Assembly: GCA_963708025.1 (NCBI GenBank)
Contig: CAVPSB010000014.1
Location: forward strand, 288,001 to 352,000
Source: an uncultured Candidatus Rokubacteria bacterium
GTDB taxonomy: Bacteria; Methylomirabilota; Methylomirabilia; Rokubacteriales; DASRDR01
Direction: 5' to 3'
DNA length: 64,000 nt
The notes beneath the pieces were generated by a model. It saw nothing but the letters and a program-made list of their open reading frames with translations. It ran no database searches and was not told the origin of the DNA. This document shows positions 40,062-51,319 of this stretch, piece after piece. Every line of letters begins with the position of its first letter. The first letter of the stretch is position 1. A program made the translations under genes and the position numbers.

Positions 40062-40559
40062 ATGACACGCGAAACGAGCATCGGCATCCGGGCGTATCGG
40101 CCCGGCGATCGGTCCGGCGTCGAAAGCTGCATCGTGACGCTGCAAGATCACGAGCGGACGCTGCAGCCCGATCGCGTGCGAGGCTGGACGATCGCGTCGC
40201 GGTACCGCCAGCTCCTGCTCCGCCGCTGCCGGCAGGGACCGGGTCGGATTTACGTGGCGACCGTGGCCGGAGAGGTCGTGGGATTCGTCTGCTTCTGGCG
40301 GGTGCGCGAGACCGGCAACCTCGTGACGACGCTGACCGACTACACGTACGTGTCCGACCTCGTGGTCCGACCCGGGTGGCGGCGGCGCGGCGTCGGACGG
40401 GCCCTGATGCGGCGGGCCGAGGGGTTCGCGCGACGGCGCGGCACCGGTGCCGTGCGTGTCAACGTGCTGGCGAGGAACACCGGGGCGTGGCGCTTCTACC
40501 GGCGGGCCGGGTTCGCGAACTACGAGGTGTCGCTGTTCAAGCGGCCTCGATCGCGGTGA
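40062..40559 (+). CDS. GNAT acetyltransferase
   Basis: YVSDLVVRPGWRRRGVGRALM and NTGAWRFYRRAGF. Confidence 0.85.
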   Translation: MTRETSIGIRAYRPGDRSGVESCIVTLQDHERTLQPDRVRGWTIASRYRQLLLRRCRQGPGRIYVATVAGEVVGFVCFWRVRETGNLVTTLTDYTYVSDLVVRPGWRRRGVGRALMRRAEGFARRRGTGAVRVNVLARNTGAWRFYRRAGFANYEVSLFKRPRSR

Positions 40560-40566
40560 GGTGGAC

Positions 40567-41583
40567 ATGGAGCTGACCATCGTGGGAGCGGGCGCCATCG
40601 GCGGCGTCACCGGGGCCCATCTGGCCCGGGCCGGCCATCGGGTCACGCTCGTCGAGCGGGACCGCGAGCACCTGGAGGCGATCCGCCGCGACGGTCTGGA
40701 AGTCGGCGGCAAGGCGGACCTCCGGGTCCGGCTGCCCGCGCTCGGGCCGGACGAGCTCCACGGGCCGATCCCCGTGCTGATCCTGGCCGTGAAGACGCTC
40801 CACACGGTCGAGGCCCTCGCGCCGCTGGCGCCGCTCCTGGCCCCCGACGGCTACGTGGTCTCGATGCAGAACGGCCTGGAGGAGGCGAAGATCGCCGCGC
40901 TCGTGGGTCGCGAGCGGACGGTGGGCGCCTTCCTGACCTTCGGCGGCCACTACGACCGCCCGGGGCGCGTGATCTACAGCGGCCCGGGAACGCTCCGGGT
41001 GGGCGAGCTGGACAGGCGGATCACCGCGCGGGTCATCGAGCTGGCCCGGGTCCTCTCGGACTTCCACCCGGCCGAGCCGACCGCCAACATCGACGGGTAC
41101 CTGTGGGGCAAGCTGATCCTGGGCGTCATCTACTTCGCCACCGCGATGGTGGACGCGGACGTCCTGGCCATCTTCGGCGACCCGGCGTCACGCCGGATCC
41201 TCTCGGACCTGGCCACGGAGGCCGGCGACGTGGCGGACGCGCTCCGCATCCGGGTGGAACCCTTCGACGGCTTCGACGCCCGGGCCGTCGGCCGCCATCG
41301 GGAGGCTCCGGCGGCCGCCCAGGCGTCCTGGGACGGGCAGCTCGCCTACTGGCAGCGCTCGATCGCCGGCCGGACGGGGGTCTGGCGCGACCTGGCCATT
41401 CGCCACCGGCGCACCGAGGCCGGTCCCATCCTGGGCGCCCTCCTCGACGCGGCGGCCCGCGCCGACCGCCCCGCCCCCCGCACCTGCACCCTTCTCCGCA
41501 TGATCGAGGAGATCGAGGCCGGCCGGCGCACCATCGCCTGGTCGAACCTGGCGGAGCTCGACCACGCGGTCCGCGCGACGTGA
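40567..41583 (+). CDS. ketopantoate reductase (ApbA/PanE) family protein
   Basis: GAGAIGG, LAVKT, SMQNG, LWGKL, RDL...RRTE. Confidence 0.88.
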   Translation: MELTIVGAGAIGGVTGAHLARAGHRVTLVERDREHLEAIRRDGLEVGGKADLRVRLPALGPDELHGPIPVLILAVKTLHTVEALAPLAPLLAPDGYVVSMQNGLEEAKIAALVGRERTVGAFLTFGGHYDRPGRVIYSGPGTLRVGELDRRITARVIELARVLSDFHPAEPTANIDGYLWGKLILGVIYFATAMVDADVLAIFGDPASRRILSDLATEAGDVADALRIRVEPFDGFDARAVGRHREAPAAAQASWDGQLAYWQRSIAGRTGVWRDLAIRHRRTEAGPILGALLDAAARADRPAPRTCTLLRMIEEIEAGRRTIAWSNLAELDHAVRAT

Positions 41584-41663
41584 CCCCGGAGCCAGCGCCC
41601 GGTCGAGCAGGCTCAGGGACACCGCTACCCAGAGGAAGTGGCGCTGGCTAGAATCACACCATC

Positions 41664-42978
41664 ATGCGAGACGGATCGCAGTACTCTTCGCGGGCCCACC
41701 CGGCGCGGTGGCGATGGCTGATCGCCGGCGTAGCGGTCGTGCTGGCGACCGCGCTGGCGCTCTCGCTGACCGAACCGCTGCCTCCGCGCAGGGTGGTGAT
41801 GGCGACCGGCCCGGAGGGCGGCGAGTACGCCGCGGTCGGACAGCGTTACCGCGAGATCTTCGCCCGACACGGCATACGGCTCGAGTTGCTCGCGACCAGG
41901 GGCTCAGTGGACAACGTCGAGAGGCTGCGCGACCCTCGCACCGGCGTCAGCGTGGCATTGGTGCAGAGCGGTGTCACCAGCGCGGTCAAGGCGCCGGAGC
42001 TGGCGTCGCTGGGCACGCTGTTCTACGAGCCGCTTTGGCTGTTCTCGCGCACCTCACCGCTGAGCCAGACGGGCAAGCTGCGAGAACAGACACGGGTGTC
42101 ATTCGGCGTTCCCGGCAGTGGAGCGTACGAGTTGACCCGCGAGCTGGCAGCCGCAGTGGGCATCGATCTCGGTCGGGCGCACGGCGCGCGACCTGAATCC
42201 GGTCGAAGCGGGGGAGGCGCTCATGAGGGGTGAGCTCGACCTGGTCGGGATCGCGGCCGCGTGGGACGCGCCGATCGTTCGCCGCCTCATGCTCGACCAC
42301 TCGGTACGACTTCAAGACTGGGTGCGGGCCGACGCGCACGTGGCGTTGCGCCCGTACCTGAGCAAGCTGGTCCTGCCGCGCGGTGTGGCCGACCTCGCGA
42401 ACGACCGCCCACCCACGGATGTCACGCTGCTCGCGACCAAGGCGAGTCTGGTGGTGCGCGAGGACCTGCATCCAGCGCTCCAGTATCTGCTTCTGGAAGC
42501 CGCCTCGGAGATACACGCCACCCCGGACGTGTTCAGCAAGGTCGGCGAGTTTCCCGCCGCCGAGCCCATCGACCTGCCGCTGAGCAGGGTCGCCCGCCAG
42601 TACTACCGGAGCGGCCAGCCGTTCCTGCCGCGCTACCTGCCGTTCTGGATGGCGGCATGGGCCTCCCGGCTGCTGGTGCTGCTGATTCCGGTGGTGGGCG
42701 TCCTCTACCCGCTGTTCCGCATCCTGCCCGCGCTCTATGACTGGGGCATGCGCCGCCGCATCTTCCGCCTCTACGGGGAGCTCAAGTTCCTGGAGGCGGA
42801 GCTCGCAAGCGGGGCGACCGGCGGCTCGACGAGCGCGGTGGCCGAGCGCCTCGACCAGCTGGAACAGCACGCTGACCGGCTGCATGTGCCCGTCGCCTTC
42901 GCGCACATGCTCTACACGTTGAAGGCTCACATCGGCCTGGTGCGACAGCGCGTGCGAGCCGCGCAGGACGGGGGCTAG
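41664..42978 (+). CDS. TAXI-family solute receptor with C-terminal TM extension, frameshift near 42180
   Basis: MATGPEGGEY, TRGSVDN, VQSG, LFYEPLW, LHPAL, YLPFW. Confidence 0.85.
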
Positions 42979-43087
42979 CCAGAGCGAGCTCGCCAAAGCG
43001 ATGTTCCCGTTCGTGTTCTTCGCCACGGGCGGGACACGATGAAGCAGGACCGCGTTCTCGGCTGGGGGGCCACCGCCCCTCGCGGGG

Positions 43088-43189
43088 GCCGAGGTGCTCC
43101 GGGCCATCGAGGCCGAGGCCTTCCACCCGATCCCCGGCTGGTATTGCCAGGACTGCCCGTTCCGAAGCCGATGCTGGGCGTGGCAGTGA
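43088..43189 (+). pseudogene. C-terminal remnant of a PD-(D/E)XK (RecB/Cas4-like) nuclease
   Basis: AEVLRAIEAEAFHPIPGWYCQDCPFRSRCWAWQ* has the CxxCxxxxxC terminal motif. Confidence 0.6.
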
Positions 43190-43248
43190 GCGGCGATCGC
43201 GGACCGTTCCCGGCGCCCCAGCCCCGGGCCGACGCACGCCTCCCGCGC

Positions 43249-43284
43249 TTGACGGGACAGGCCCTGGTCCTCCAGAATGGAGGA
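43249..43284 (+). promoter_or_regulatory. candidate TA promoter with palindromic operator
   Basis: TTGACG-N18-CAGAAT; the palindrome TCCTCCA-GAA-TGGAGGA (43268-43284) overlaps the -10. Confidence 0.5.
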
Positions 43285-43299
43285 GGATTGGAGGCTGAC

Positions 43300-43530
43300 A
43301 TGGCGATCCTCAACATCAAGAACCTGCCGGACGCGCTCTATCGGAAGCTCCAGGCCCGGGCCCGGCGCGAGCATCGCTCGGTCGCCCAGGAGGTGATCCA
43401 TCTGCTCTCGCGGGCCGTGGCGCCGCCGGAAGAGCTCTCCATCCGCGAGCTGCGGGGGCTCGGGAAGGCGGCGTGGCGGGCGCGCGACGCGGCGGCCCAC
43501 GTGGCGACGGAGCGCGCGACGTGGGACTGA
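43300..43530 (+). CDS. FitA-like ribbon-helix-helix antitoxin
   Basis: MAILNIKNLPDALYRKLQARARREHRSVAQEV; overlaps the PIN gene. Confidence 0.88.
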   Translation: MAILNIKNLPDALYRKLQARARREHRSVAQEVIHLLSRAVAPPEELSIRELRGLGKAAWRARDAAAHVATERATWD

Positions 43531-43970
43531 CCGAGGACCTGGGCCGCGGCCCGATCGGCCTCGACACGGCCATCTTCATCTACTACATCGAGGAGCACCC
43601 GCGCTTCCTCCCGCTCGTCGAGCCGGTCTTCGAGGGGATCGACCGCGGACAGTGGCGGGCCGTGACGTCGGGGGTGACGCTCCTGGAGACCCTGGTCATC
43701 CCCTACCAGCTCGGCGACGAGCCGCTGGCCGAGCGCTACGAGACGCTCCTGACCCGGAGCCGCGGTCTGACGCTGGTCGAACTCGACCGCTCGCTCCTCC
43801 GGGTCGCGGCCCGCCTGCGGGCGACCGCCGGCGTCCGGACGCCGGATGCCCTGCAGCTCGCCTCGGCGCTGGCCGCTCGCTGCACCGCCTACCTGACGAA
43901 CGACCGGACGCTACCGAGCCTCCCGGGGCTCCCCGTCCTCCAGCTTCGCGACTACGCCGCGGCCCCTTGA
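43521..43970 (+). CDS. vapC: PIN-domain VapC toxin
   Basis: LDTAIFIY, TLLE, RTPDALQLA, LTND. Confidence 0.9.
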   Translation: MGLTEDLGRGPIGLDTAIFIYYIEEHPRFLPLVEPVFEGIDRGQWRAVTSGVTLLETLVIPYQLGDEPLAERYETLLTRSRGLTLVELDRSLLRVAARLRATAGVRTPDALQLASALAARCTAYLTNDRTLPSLPGLPVLQLRDYAAAP

Positions 43971-44314
43971 GGCCCCGCGCCGCCGGGGGCAGCGAGCCTG
44001 GCAGGGTGCGCGGCCAGTCGGCTCCGAATCACGCCCTGTCACCACCGTCGCGGTCGGCCCGCTCGCCACCCTTGCTCGTCACCCGCGCAGTGAGGGCAGC
44101 GCAGGGTTCAGGCCAGCCGGTGTCGGACTGGGCGCCACCGCCGCGAGCCGCCCGGCGACGCTGACGGACCCGGCCGCTGCAAGGGTCCCGGCGAGGACCT
44201 TCCGCTGCCGGGCCGAGTGCTGGACAATGCAGGCTGGTGCCCCGGGGGCCCCGGCTCTGCCCCGGCGCGCCTCCGCCACGAGCCGCGCATCACCCGCACA
44301 CATGGGAGACGCCG

Positions 44315-45412
44315 ATGGCCTGGACCGCGCCCGCCTCCGCCCTGGACGCCGATGGCCGGGGCGTCCATCGCGACCTTCGCCGCACGGGCATCGATCCTGA
44401 CCACTGGTACCCCCTCGCCCGCGCTCGGGCGATCGAGCCCGGCCGGGCGCTCGGCGTCACGTTCGCGGGTAAGCCCATCGTCCTGGTGCGGACGGAGCCC
44501 GGCGAGGTGTTCGCGCTCGAGGACCGCTGCGCCCACCGGCAGGTGCCGCTCCACGCGGGGGTCGTGAAGGGCAGCTGCGTGCAGTGCTGCTACCACGGCT
44601 GGAGCTTCGACCGGACCGGCCGCTGTGTCGCCATTCCGTACCTCGACCGGAAGGACACCCCGGCCTGGCCCCGCGGCGTGCGCGCCTATCCGTGCCGCGA
44701 GGCGTACGGCCTGGTGTACGTGTTCCCCGGAGACCCCCAGGCGCCCGGGCTCGCCAGGTTCCCCGAGGTGCCCACCCAGGCGAACCCGCGCTACCGGACG
44801 CGCTACCTCGACCGCCGGCTGAACTGCCACTACTCGTTCATGCACGAGAACCTGCTGGACATGAACCATCAGTTCCTGCACCGCCGCTTCATGGGCCGCA
44901 TCCAGACGGTCTTCCTGGACCTCCGCCGCGGCGACGGCTGGGTCGAGGCCGACTACACCTTCCGGCGCGCCGGGGGCCGCCAGTCCCTCGGCGAGCGATT
45001 CATGCTCGGGCAGCGCGCCGTGCGCCCTGACGTGAAGGACGTGAGTCGGCGCGACATCATGACGATCCGGACGGACTACCCCTACCAGACGCTCCGGTTC
45101 TGGACCGCCGCCAGTAAGGAGCCGGCGCTCGACCTCTGGAACGTCTACGTGCCGATCGACCGGGAGCAGCGGGTGAACCACACCTACGGCCTGATGATGA
45201 TCCGGAAGCCTTCGATCCCGGCCCTCATCCATCTGCTCTGGCCCTTCATGGTCTGGTTCACGAACGGCATCTTCGCCGAGGACCGCTGGGTCGTCGAGGA
45301 GGAGCAGAAGGCGTTCGACCGGCAGGGCGCCGACGAGAACCAGGAGATCTTCCCGGTCATTCGCGCCCTGCGCGAGCTGCTGCTCGAGCGGGGCGTCGCC
45401 CTGGATCCCTGA
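44315..45412 (+). CDS. Rieske non-heme iron oxygenase alpha subunit
   Basis: CAH...CCYHGW Rieske motif, ENLLDMNHQFLH iron site, IFAED. Confidence 0.92.
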   Translation: MAWTAPASALDADGRGVHRDLRRTGIDPDHWYPLARARAIEPGRALGVTFAGKPIVLVRTEPGEVFALEDRCAHRQVPLHAGVVKGSCVQCCYHGWSFDRTGRCVAIPYLDRKDTPAWPRGVRAYPCREAYGLVYVFPGDPQAPGLARFPEVPTQANPRYRTRYLDRRLNCHYSFMHENLLDMNHQFLHRRFMGRIQTVFLDLRRGDGWVEADYTFRRAGGRQSLGERFMLGQRAVRPDVKDVSRRDIMTIRTDYPYQTLRFWTAASKEPALDLWNVYVPIDREQRVNHTYGLMMIRKPSIPALIHLLWPFMVWFTNGIFAEDRWVVEEEQKAFDRQGADENQEIFPVIRALRELLLERGVALDP

Positions 45413-45622
45413 GGGACGGTCACCGGGCCTCGGGCGCCGCGACCTCCCGGACGAGCTGGAGGCCGAGCGCGCGGTCGCCGGGGTCGCCGAGCAGTACCGG
45501 CTCTGGGCCGACCCCGAGCGCGTCCTCGCCGACGTCGCGCCCTGCCAGCAGGCCAACGGCCTCGACCCGGCGCGCCGGGAGGCACCCGCTCCCGAGGAGG
45601 CCGCGAGCCGGGCTCCGCCGCC

Positions 45623-47092
45623 TCAGGCGAGGAGCTTCTTGACGACCTTCCCGTGAACGTCCGTGAGGCGGTAGTCGCGACCCTGGAAGCGGAACGTGAG
45701 CTTCGTGTGCTCGATCCCCATCAAGTGGAGGATCGTCGCGTGCAGGTCGTGGACGTGCACCGGGTCCGCGACGATGTTGTAGCCCAGGTCGTCGGTGGCG
45801 CCGATGGTGACGCCGGATCTGATCCCGCCACCGGCCAGCCACATGGTGAAGGCCCGGACGTGGTGATCGCGGCCGGGGAAGGGAGACCCGTCGCGCTCCT
45901 CGTTCATGGGTGTGCGCCCGAACTCGCCGCCCCACACGACGAGGGTGGTGTCGAGGAGACCGCGCTGCCGGAGGTCCTGGACGAGGGCCGCCGCGGCGCG
46001 GTCCGTCTCCCGGCACAGGGTGGTCAGGCCGTTCACGATGTCCCGCTCCCGCTTGTCGCCGTGGTGGTCCCACCCCCGATGGTAGAGCTGAACGAAGCGG
46101 ACGCCCCGCTCGACCAGGCGACGGGCGAGGAGGCAGTTGTTGGCGAACGACGCCCGGCCGGGCTCGGTGCCGTACAGGGCGTGGATCGCCGGAGGCTCGC
46201 GCGACACGTCCGCCAGCTCGGGGACGCTCGTCTGCATGCGGAACGCCGTCTCGTACGCGGCGATCCGGGACTCGATCTCGGCGTCGCCCACCTCGCGAAG
46301 ATGTCGCTCGTTGAGTCGCCGAAGGGTGTCCAGCGAGCGGCGCCGCACGGCCGCCGGCAGCCCGTCCGGGCTGGAGAGGGACAGCACCGGATCCCCCTTC
46401 GGGCGGAACTCCACCCCCTGGTACGCGGTCGGGAGGAACCCGTTGCTCCAGCACGCATTGCCCGCGCCCGGGTCCGGCCGGCCGGAGAGGAGCACCACGA
46501 ACCCCGGCAGGTCGCTGTTCGCGCTCCCGAGCCCGTAGGTCAGCCATGCACCCATGCTCGGACGGCCGATCACCTGATGGCCGGAGTTCATGAAGATCTG
46601 GGCCGGGCCGTGGTTGAAGTGGTCGGTGTGCATGGAGCGCAGGATCGCGATGTCGTCGACCACCCCGGTCAGGTGGGGTAGCAGGCTCGAGACCTCGGCC
46701 CCCGACTGGCCGTGAGGCCGGAAGTCATAGGGCGAGCCGAGCAACCGCGGCACGCCCTTGATGAAGGCGAAGCGCTGGCCCTTGATGAGGTCTTCCGGAA
46801 TCTTCTGGCCGCTGAGCTCGGTGAGCTTGGGCTTGGGGTCGAAGAGGTCGATCTGCGACGGTCCCCCGGCCATGAAGAGGTAGATGATGCTCTTCGCGCG
46901 CGGCGCGAAGTGGGGCGGCCGGGGCGCGAGCGGCCCGCCGGCCGGGACCCGGCCCGCGGTCGGGGGCGCCGCCGCGAGGTCCCGCTCGAGCAGCGCGGCG
47001 AGCGCGAGGGTTCCGATACCGAAGCCGCTCTGCTGGAAGAAGTGCCGCCGGGTGACGGCGCGAAGCCCCTCGTCGCGACCTTCCACCCTCAC
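45623..47092 (-). CDS. DUF1501 domain protein
   Basis: [59 protein letters not shown]. Confidence 0.92.
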   Translation of the reverse strand: MRVEGRDEGLRAVTRRHFFQQSGFGIGTLALAALLERDLAAAPPTAGRVPAGGPLAPRPPHFAPRAKSIIYLFMAGGPSQIDLFDPKPKLTELSGQKIPEDLIKGQRFAFIKGVPRLLGSPYDFRPHGQSGAEVSSLLPHLTGVVDDIAILRSMHTDHFNHGPAQIFMNSGHQVIGRPSMGAWLTYGLGSANSDLPGFVVLLSGRPDPGAGNACWSNGFLPTAYQGVEFRPKGDPVLSLSSPDGLPAAVRRRSLDTLRRLNERHLREVGDAEIESRIAAYETAFRMQTSVPELADVSREPPAIHALYGTEPGRASFANNCLLARRLVERGVRFVQLYHRGWDHHGDKRERDIVNGLTTLCRETDRAAAALVQDLRQRGLLDTTLVVWGGEFGRTPMNEERDGSPFPGRDHHVRAFTMWLAGGGIRSGVTIGATDDLGYNIVADPVHVHDLHATILHLMGIEHTKLTFRFQGRDYRLTDVHGKVVKKLLA

Positions 47093-49344
47093 TCCTTGGT
47101 CAGCGTCTCGTCCAGGTTCAGCAGCACGCTGGCCACCACCGTCCAGGCGGCCAGCTCCGGCAGCTCCCCCGCCTCGGGCTCCGGCGCGAGGTCGGCCAGC
47201 AGCCGCGCGGCCGCCTGGCGCGCGGAGGCGAAGTGGTCGCGCTCACGCGCGTAGGCACGGACGAGCTGGTCCAGCTCGTCGGGCTCGGGCGCGCGGGCCA
47301 GGCACAGGCGGAAGCCATGGGCGGCCCGCGCCCGCGGGGTCTCCGCCGCCTCGCGCACCATCCGCCGGGCCAGGCCACGGGCGGCCTCGACGAAGGCGGG
47401 GTCGTTCAGGGCGGTCAGGGCCTGGAGCGGCGTGTTCGTCCGGGGGCGGCGGACCGTGGTGACCTCTCGACTCGGGGCGTCGAAGCTCGCCAGCCCCGGG
47501 TAGGGAGCCGTCCGCCGCCAGAACGTGTAGAGACCCCGGCGATGGCGGTCCTCACCGTCGCTGGTGACCCAGCCCGTCCGGCTCCTGTTGTTGGCGATGA
47601 AGCCGACATTGTCGGGCTCGGGCGGGAAGACACTGGGCCCTCCGATCTTCCGGCTGAGCAGGCCGCTGGCGGCCAGGGTCACGTCCCGGATCATCTCCGC
47701 CTCCATCCGGAATCGGGGACCACGCGCGAGCAGCCGGTTCTCGGGGTCCTTCTCGGCGACCTCGGGTGTGACGCGCGACGCCTGCCGGTAGGTCGCCGAC
47801 GTCGCGATCACGCGGTGCACGGCCTTCATGCTGAAGTCCAGCCGCACGAACTCGGTGGCCAGCCAGTCGAGCAGCTCCGGATGGCTCGGCGGCCGGCCCT
47901 GGGTGCCGAAGTCCTCCGCCGTCTCCACGAGCGGCCGGCCGAAGAACTCCCCCCAGAACCGGTTGACCGCGACCCGGGCCACCAGCGGGTTCTCCCGGTC
48001 GACCAGCCAGTACGCGAGTCCGAGGCGGTTCAGCGGCCACTCCGAGCGCATCGGGTGGAGCGCGCGCGGCGCGCCCGCCTCGACCTTCGGTCCCTTGGCG
48101 GCGAAGCTGCCCCGGATGCGAAGGTAGGTGGACGGCGGCTTGCTCGTCTGGCGCTCGCTCATGACCATGGCCGGGACCCCGCGCCCGCCCGCCATCACCT
48201 CCCGGGCGTTATCGAAGAAGGCCAGCAGCCGGTAGTACTCGCGTTGGGTGAACGGGTCGTACTTGTGGTTGTGACACTGCGCGCACGCGAGGGTCGCGCC
48301 GAGCCACACGGTGGCGGTCGTGTTCACCCGGTCGACCAGCATCTCCCAGCGCACCTCTTCGAGGTCCAGTCCGTCCTCATCGTTCTGCATCGCGTTGACG
48401 TGGAACCCGGTGGCGACCTGCTGCTCGGGGGTGGCGCCCGGCAGGAGATCGCCCGCGAGCTGCTCGATCGTGAAGCGGTCGAAGGGCAGGTCGCGGTTCA
48501 ACGCGTCGATGACCCAGTCGCGGAACGGCCACATCTTCCGGGGGCTGTCGGCGCTCCCGCCGTTGGTGTCCGCGTAGCGGGCGAGGTCCAGCCAGGGGCG
48601 GGCCCAGCGCTCGCCGTAGTGGGGCGAGGCGAGCAGCCGGTCCACGACCTTCTCGTACGCGTCGGGGCTCGGGTCGGCCAGGAACGCGTCGACCTCGGCG
48701 AGGCTCGGCGGCAGGCCCGTCAGGTCGAGGCTCACGCGCCGGATGAGCGTCGCCCGCGGCGCCTCCGGCGACGGCCGGAGGCTCTCGCGCTCGAGCCGCG
48801 CCAGCACGAAGGCATCGATGGGATTCCGCACCCAGTCCGACTGGCGCACGGCGGGCGCCTCGGGGCGGATCGGCTTCTGGTACGCCCAGTGCGGCGCGAA
48901 CGTCGCGTCGGCGGCCGAGGCGGGCCACTGGGCACCCGCGTCGATCCAGGTGCGGATCAGGCGGATCTGCTCGGGGGAGAGCGGCTCTCCCTTCTGGGGC
49001 ATCCGCTCCTCGGGATCGGCGGCCGTGATGAGCTGGACGAGCCGGCTGTCCCGGCTGTTGCCCGGGACGATGACCTTCCCGGAGACGCCGCCGTGCAGGG
49101 CATGGGCCCCCGAGTCGAGACGGAGCTGACCCCGCCGCTTGATCCAATCGTGGCACTTCAGGCACCGGGCCTTGAAGATCGGTTGGATGTCCCGTACGAA
49201 TTCGACGGGGGGCTCACTCCGCCACGGCAGCGGGACTGCCGGGATCAGGAAGAGAAGGGCGCAGACCAGGGCGCCCCCGACGGCGAGCAAAGGGAGGCGC
49301 GAGATCCGGCCCACGTGGGTTCTCCAGCGCCGGGAGTGTAGCAC
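47089..49344 (-). CDS. planctomycete cytochrome c / DUF1549 / DUF1553 protein
   Basis: [55 protein letters not shown]. Confidence 0.92.
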   Translation of the reverse strand: MLHSRRWRTHVGRISRLPLLAVGGALVCALLFLIPAVPLPWRSEPPVEFVRDIQPIFKARCLKCHDWIKRRGQLRLDSGAHALHGGVSGKVIVPGNSRDSRLVQLITAADPEERMPQKGEPLSPEQIRLIRTWIDAGAQWPASAADATFAPHWAYQKPIRPEAPAVRQSDWVRNPIDAFVLARLERESLRPSPEAPRATLIRRVSLDLTGLPPSLAEVDAFLADPSPDAYEKVVDRLLASPHYGERWARPWLDLARYADTNGGSADSPRKMWPFRDWVIDALNRDLPFDRFTIEQLAGDLLPGATPEQQVATGFHVNAMQNDEDGLDLEEVRWEMLVDRVNTTATVWLGATLACAQCHNHKYDPFTQREYYRLLAFFDNAREVMAGGRGVPAMVMSERQTSKPPSTYLRIRGSFAAKGPKVEAGAPRALHPMRSEWPLNRLGLAYWLVDRENPLVARVAVNRFWGEFFGRPLVETAEDFGTQGRPPSHPELLDWLATEFVRLDFSMKAVHRVIATSATYRQASRVTPEVAEKDPENRLLARGPRFRMEAEMIRDVTLAASGLLSRKIGGPSVFPPEPDNVGFIANNRSRTGWVTSDGEDRHRRGLYTFWRRTAPYPGLASFDAPSREVTTVRRPRTNTPLQALTALNDPAFVEAARGLARRMVREAAETPRARAAHGFRLCLARAPEPDELDQLVRAYARERDHFASARQAAARLLADLAPEPEAGELPELAAWTVVASVLLNLDETLTKE

Positions 49345-49362
49345 GGCCCCCTCGAAGGAGCT

Positions 49363-51132
49363 CTAATTCGCCCTTGTCCCATCTGGGACGACGCGCAGCA
49401 CCAGGAACCAACGGTTCTCGAACACCGGCTGGGCTGGCAGCGGCGTGGGATCGAAGGGGCGCCGAAAGACCGCGTAGCCCGCGTGGTAGGTCTCGGCCAG
49501 GCGCCGGAGGCGCCCGGCGTCCATCTTGGCGTACCCGAGCTCCGCGTCCCAGAGCGAGGCGACGTCGGGCGTCCCGGCCACGGCCGTGATCCGCCGGTAC
49601 CATTCGATGGTCTCGGCGGGCCGAAAGGGGAAGCCCTTCCAGTCCACCACGACGGCGCGCTGTCCGAACAGTCGGACAAGCTCGAGCGCGGGGGGAATCA
49701 GGAAGATGGCATCGGGCTCCGTGGTGCCGATCCAGCCGTACAGCTCGCGTTCGACCGGGTGGACGTACCCGAGCTTCGGAATGACGAGATCGAAGTGCTG
49801 GAACGCGACCGCCGCCGGGAGCAGCGCCAGAATCGCGAAGACCAGGGCGACCGGCACCCACCGGTTGCCCGGCGGGCCATTCTCCCCCCTGGCGCCGGCG
49901 ACGGTCTCTCGCCGGGCTCTCACCACGTGCAGGAGCGCGATGATGAGGCCGCCCCCGGCGAGGATCAGGACACGGTAGTCGGTGACGCCCCCCCTGTACG
50001 CGTAGCAGCCGATCACGCCCAGTAATCCGAGCACGAACGGCACGAGACGCCAGCGAGACCAGGCCTCGCGCACGCGAGACGGCTGGTCGAGAAGCGTGGC
50101 GGCGACCGCCCGGGCGACCACGATCTGCGCCAGGAGCACCGGGAACGGCGTCATGCGCCAGAAGAAGACGGCGGCGACGGCCGGCACGAAGATCACCGTG
50201 GTCAGGAGTGCCCCGGCGGCGATGACCGCGAGGAACGCGGCGTACAACGCCTGGAAGCGGCGCCGGACGAGCCCATCCGGGGACACCTCGCGCAGAAGGG
50301 GGCATGCCACGAGCTGCCATGCGGCGAAGAGCAGGAGCGAAGGGACGAACGCGTGCGGGTCGTAGTGGTGGCGCGCCCGGATGGTCATCAACACGTGGCG
50401 GGCGAAGCTGACGTCGGCCGGGCTGGCCCCGAGCGGAGTTGCCGCGATGAGAGCCGGCAAGTCGAACAGCGCCACGATCGAGACGAGCGAGAATTGCCGG
50501 AGCAACCGGGAGAGCAGGCCGGCGCGACCCAGGAGAAGGTGCGCCACGCCCAGGAAGGGAAAGCCGAGGAGCAGGAAGTTGATGTGCAGCAGCCCGGCGA
50601 CCGCCAGACAAGCCCCGGAGGCCAGGTACGCCTGCTCGAGGAAGAACACCAGCGCCGCGAGATGCGCGACGGTGGCCAGGGTGGCGGGCTGGAGTGACGG
50701 GCTGAAGAAGTAGCTCCCGGCCACGGCGTGGGTCCGGTCCACGACCACGAAGAGGAGGACCGCCACGAGCCATCCCACGAGCGCGCGGTGACGGTCGAGA
50801 CTCCGGAAAGCCCGAAACACGAGGGCCAGCGACGCCGCCACCGCGAACACGTTCCCGAGGGCCAGGAGCCAGGGCAGGTTGCCCAGTCGGTCCGCGAGCG
50901 CCACCAGCATCGAGAAGCGCGGATGATACTGGTAGGTCTCGCGAAGGAACCAGTCGGCGTTCAGCAGCCCGGGCCGAGTCCGCCGCAGGCCGTCGAGCAG
51001 GTAGAGCGAGTGGTTGCTGAGCGGATCGCCGAAGGACAGCCCGAAGGAGACCCCCAGGACGAGCCCCAGCAGGCCCACCACCCACCACTCCCGGCCTCGG
51101 CCGCGACCCACCGTATCCGGAGGTCGGGTCAC
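49363..51132 (-). CDS. multi-TM membrane protein (GT-C/DUF6798-like); start uncertain
   Basis: about 12 TM segments, DWF, RARHHY, RAVVVDWKGFP, EWYRRI. Confidence 0.7.
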   Translation of the reverse strand: MTRPPDTVGRGRGREWWVVGLLGLVLGVSFGLSFGDPLSNHSLYLLDGLRRTRPGLLNADWFLRETYQYHPRFSMLVALADRLGNLPWLLALGNVFAVAASLALVFRAFRSLDRHRALVGWLVAVLLFVVVDRTHAVAGSYFFSPSLQPATLATVAHLAALVFFLEQAYLASGACLAVAGLLHINFLLLGFPFLGVAHLLLGRAGLLSRLLRQFSLVSIVALFDLPALIAATPLGASPADVSFARHVLMTIRARHHYDPHAFVPSLLLFAAWQLVACPLLREVSPDGLVRRRFQALYAAFLAVIAAGALLTTVIFVPAVAAVFFWRMTPFPVLLAQIVVARAVAATLLDQPSRVREAWSRWRLVPFVLGLLGVIGCYAYRGGVTDYRVLILAGGGLIIALLHVVRARRETVAGARGENGPPGNRWVPVALVFAILALLPAAVAFQHFDLVIPKLGYVHPVERELYGWIGTTEPDAIFLIPPALELVRLFGQRAVVVDWKGFPFRPAETIEWYRRITAVAGTPDVASLWDAELGYAKMDAGRLRRLAETYHAGYAVFRRPFDPTPLPAQPVFENRWFLVLRVVPDGTRAN

Positions 51133-51209
51133 GGCGCCGGCTTCCGCGCCAAGGCCCGCAGTACCGCCTCCTCGTTGTAGACGGGAACGATGACCGATAG
51201 CGTCTCCAC
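51129..51209 (-). pseudogene. 26-aa remnant of a GT2 (GtrB/DPM1-like) glycosyltransferase
   Basis: RBS then VETLSVIVPVYNEEAVLRALARKPAP*; the stop overlaps the next GTG. Confidence 0.65.
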
Positions 51210-51319
51210 TCGAGCTCCCTCTCTTCCCGGGCCTTGCGCGCGGTCGGGATTCTACTCCACCGGGACCCCGCCCTCCAAACTTCTCCAGACGCGGGTGCCG
51301 GAGGCGGCCGGAGCCCCTA

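Noticed and set aside
43088-43189. cas4 of a CRISPR system
   Set aside because: Only a short C-terminal fragment, with no other cas genes or array
45445-45620. Coding-looking stretch (EQYRLWADPERVLADV) on the plus strand
   Set aside because: No start or RBS and no recognisable family, so it cannot be supported as a feature
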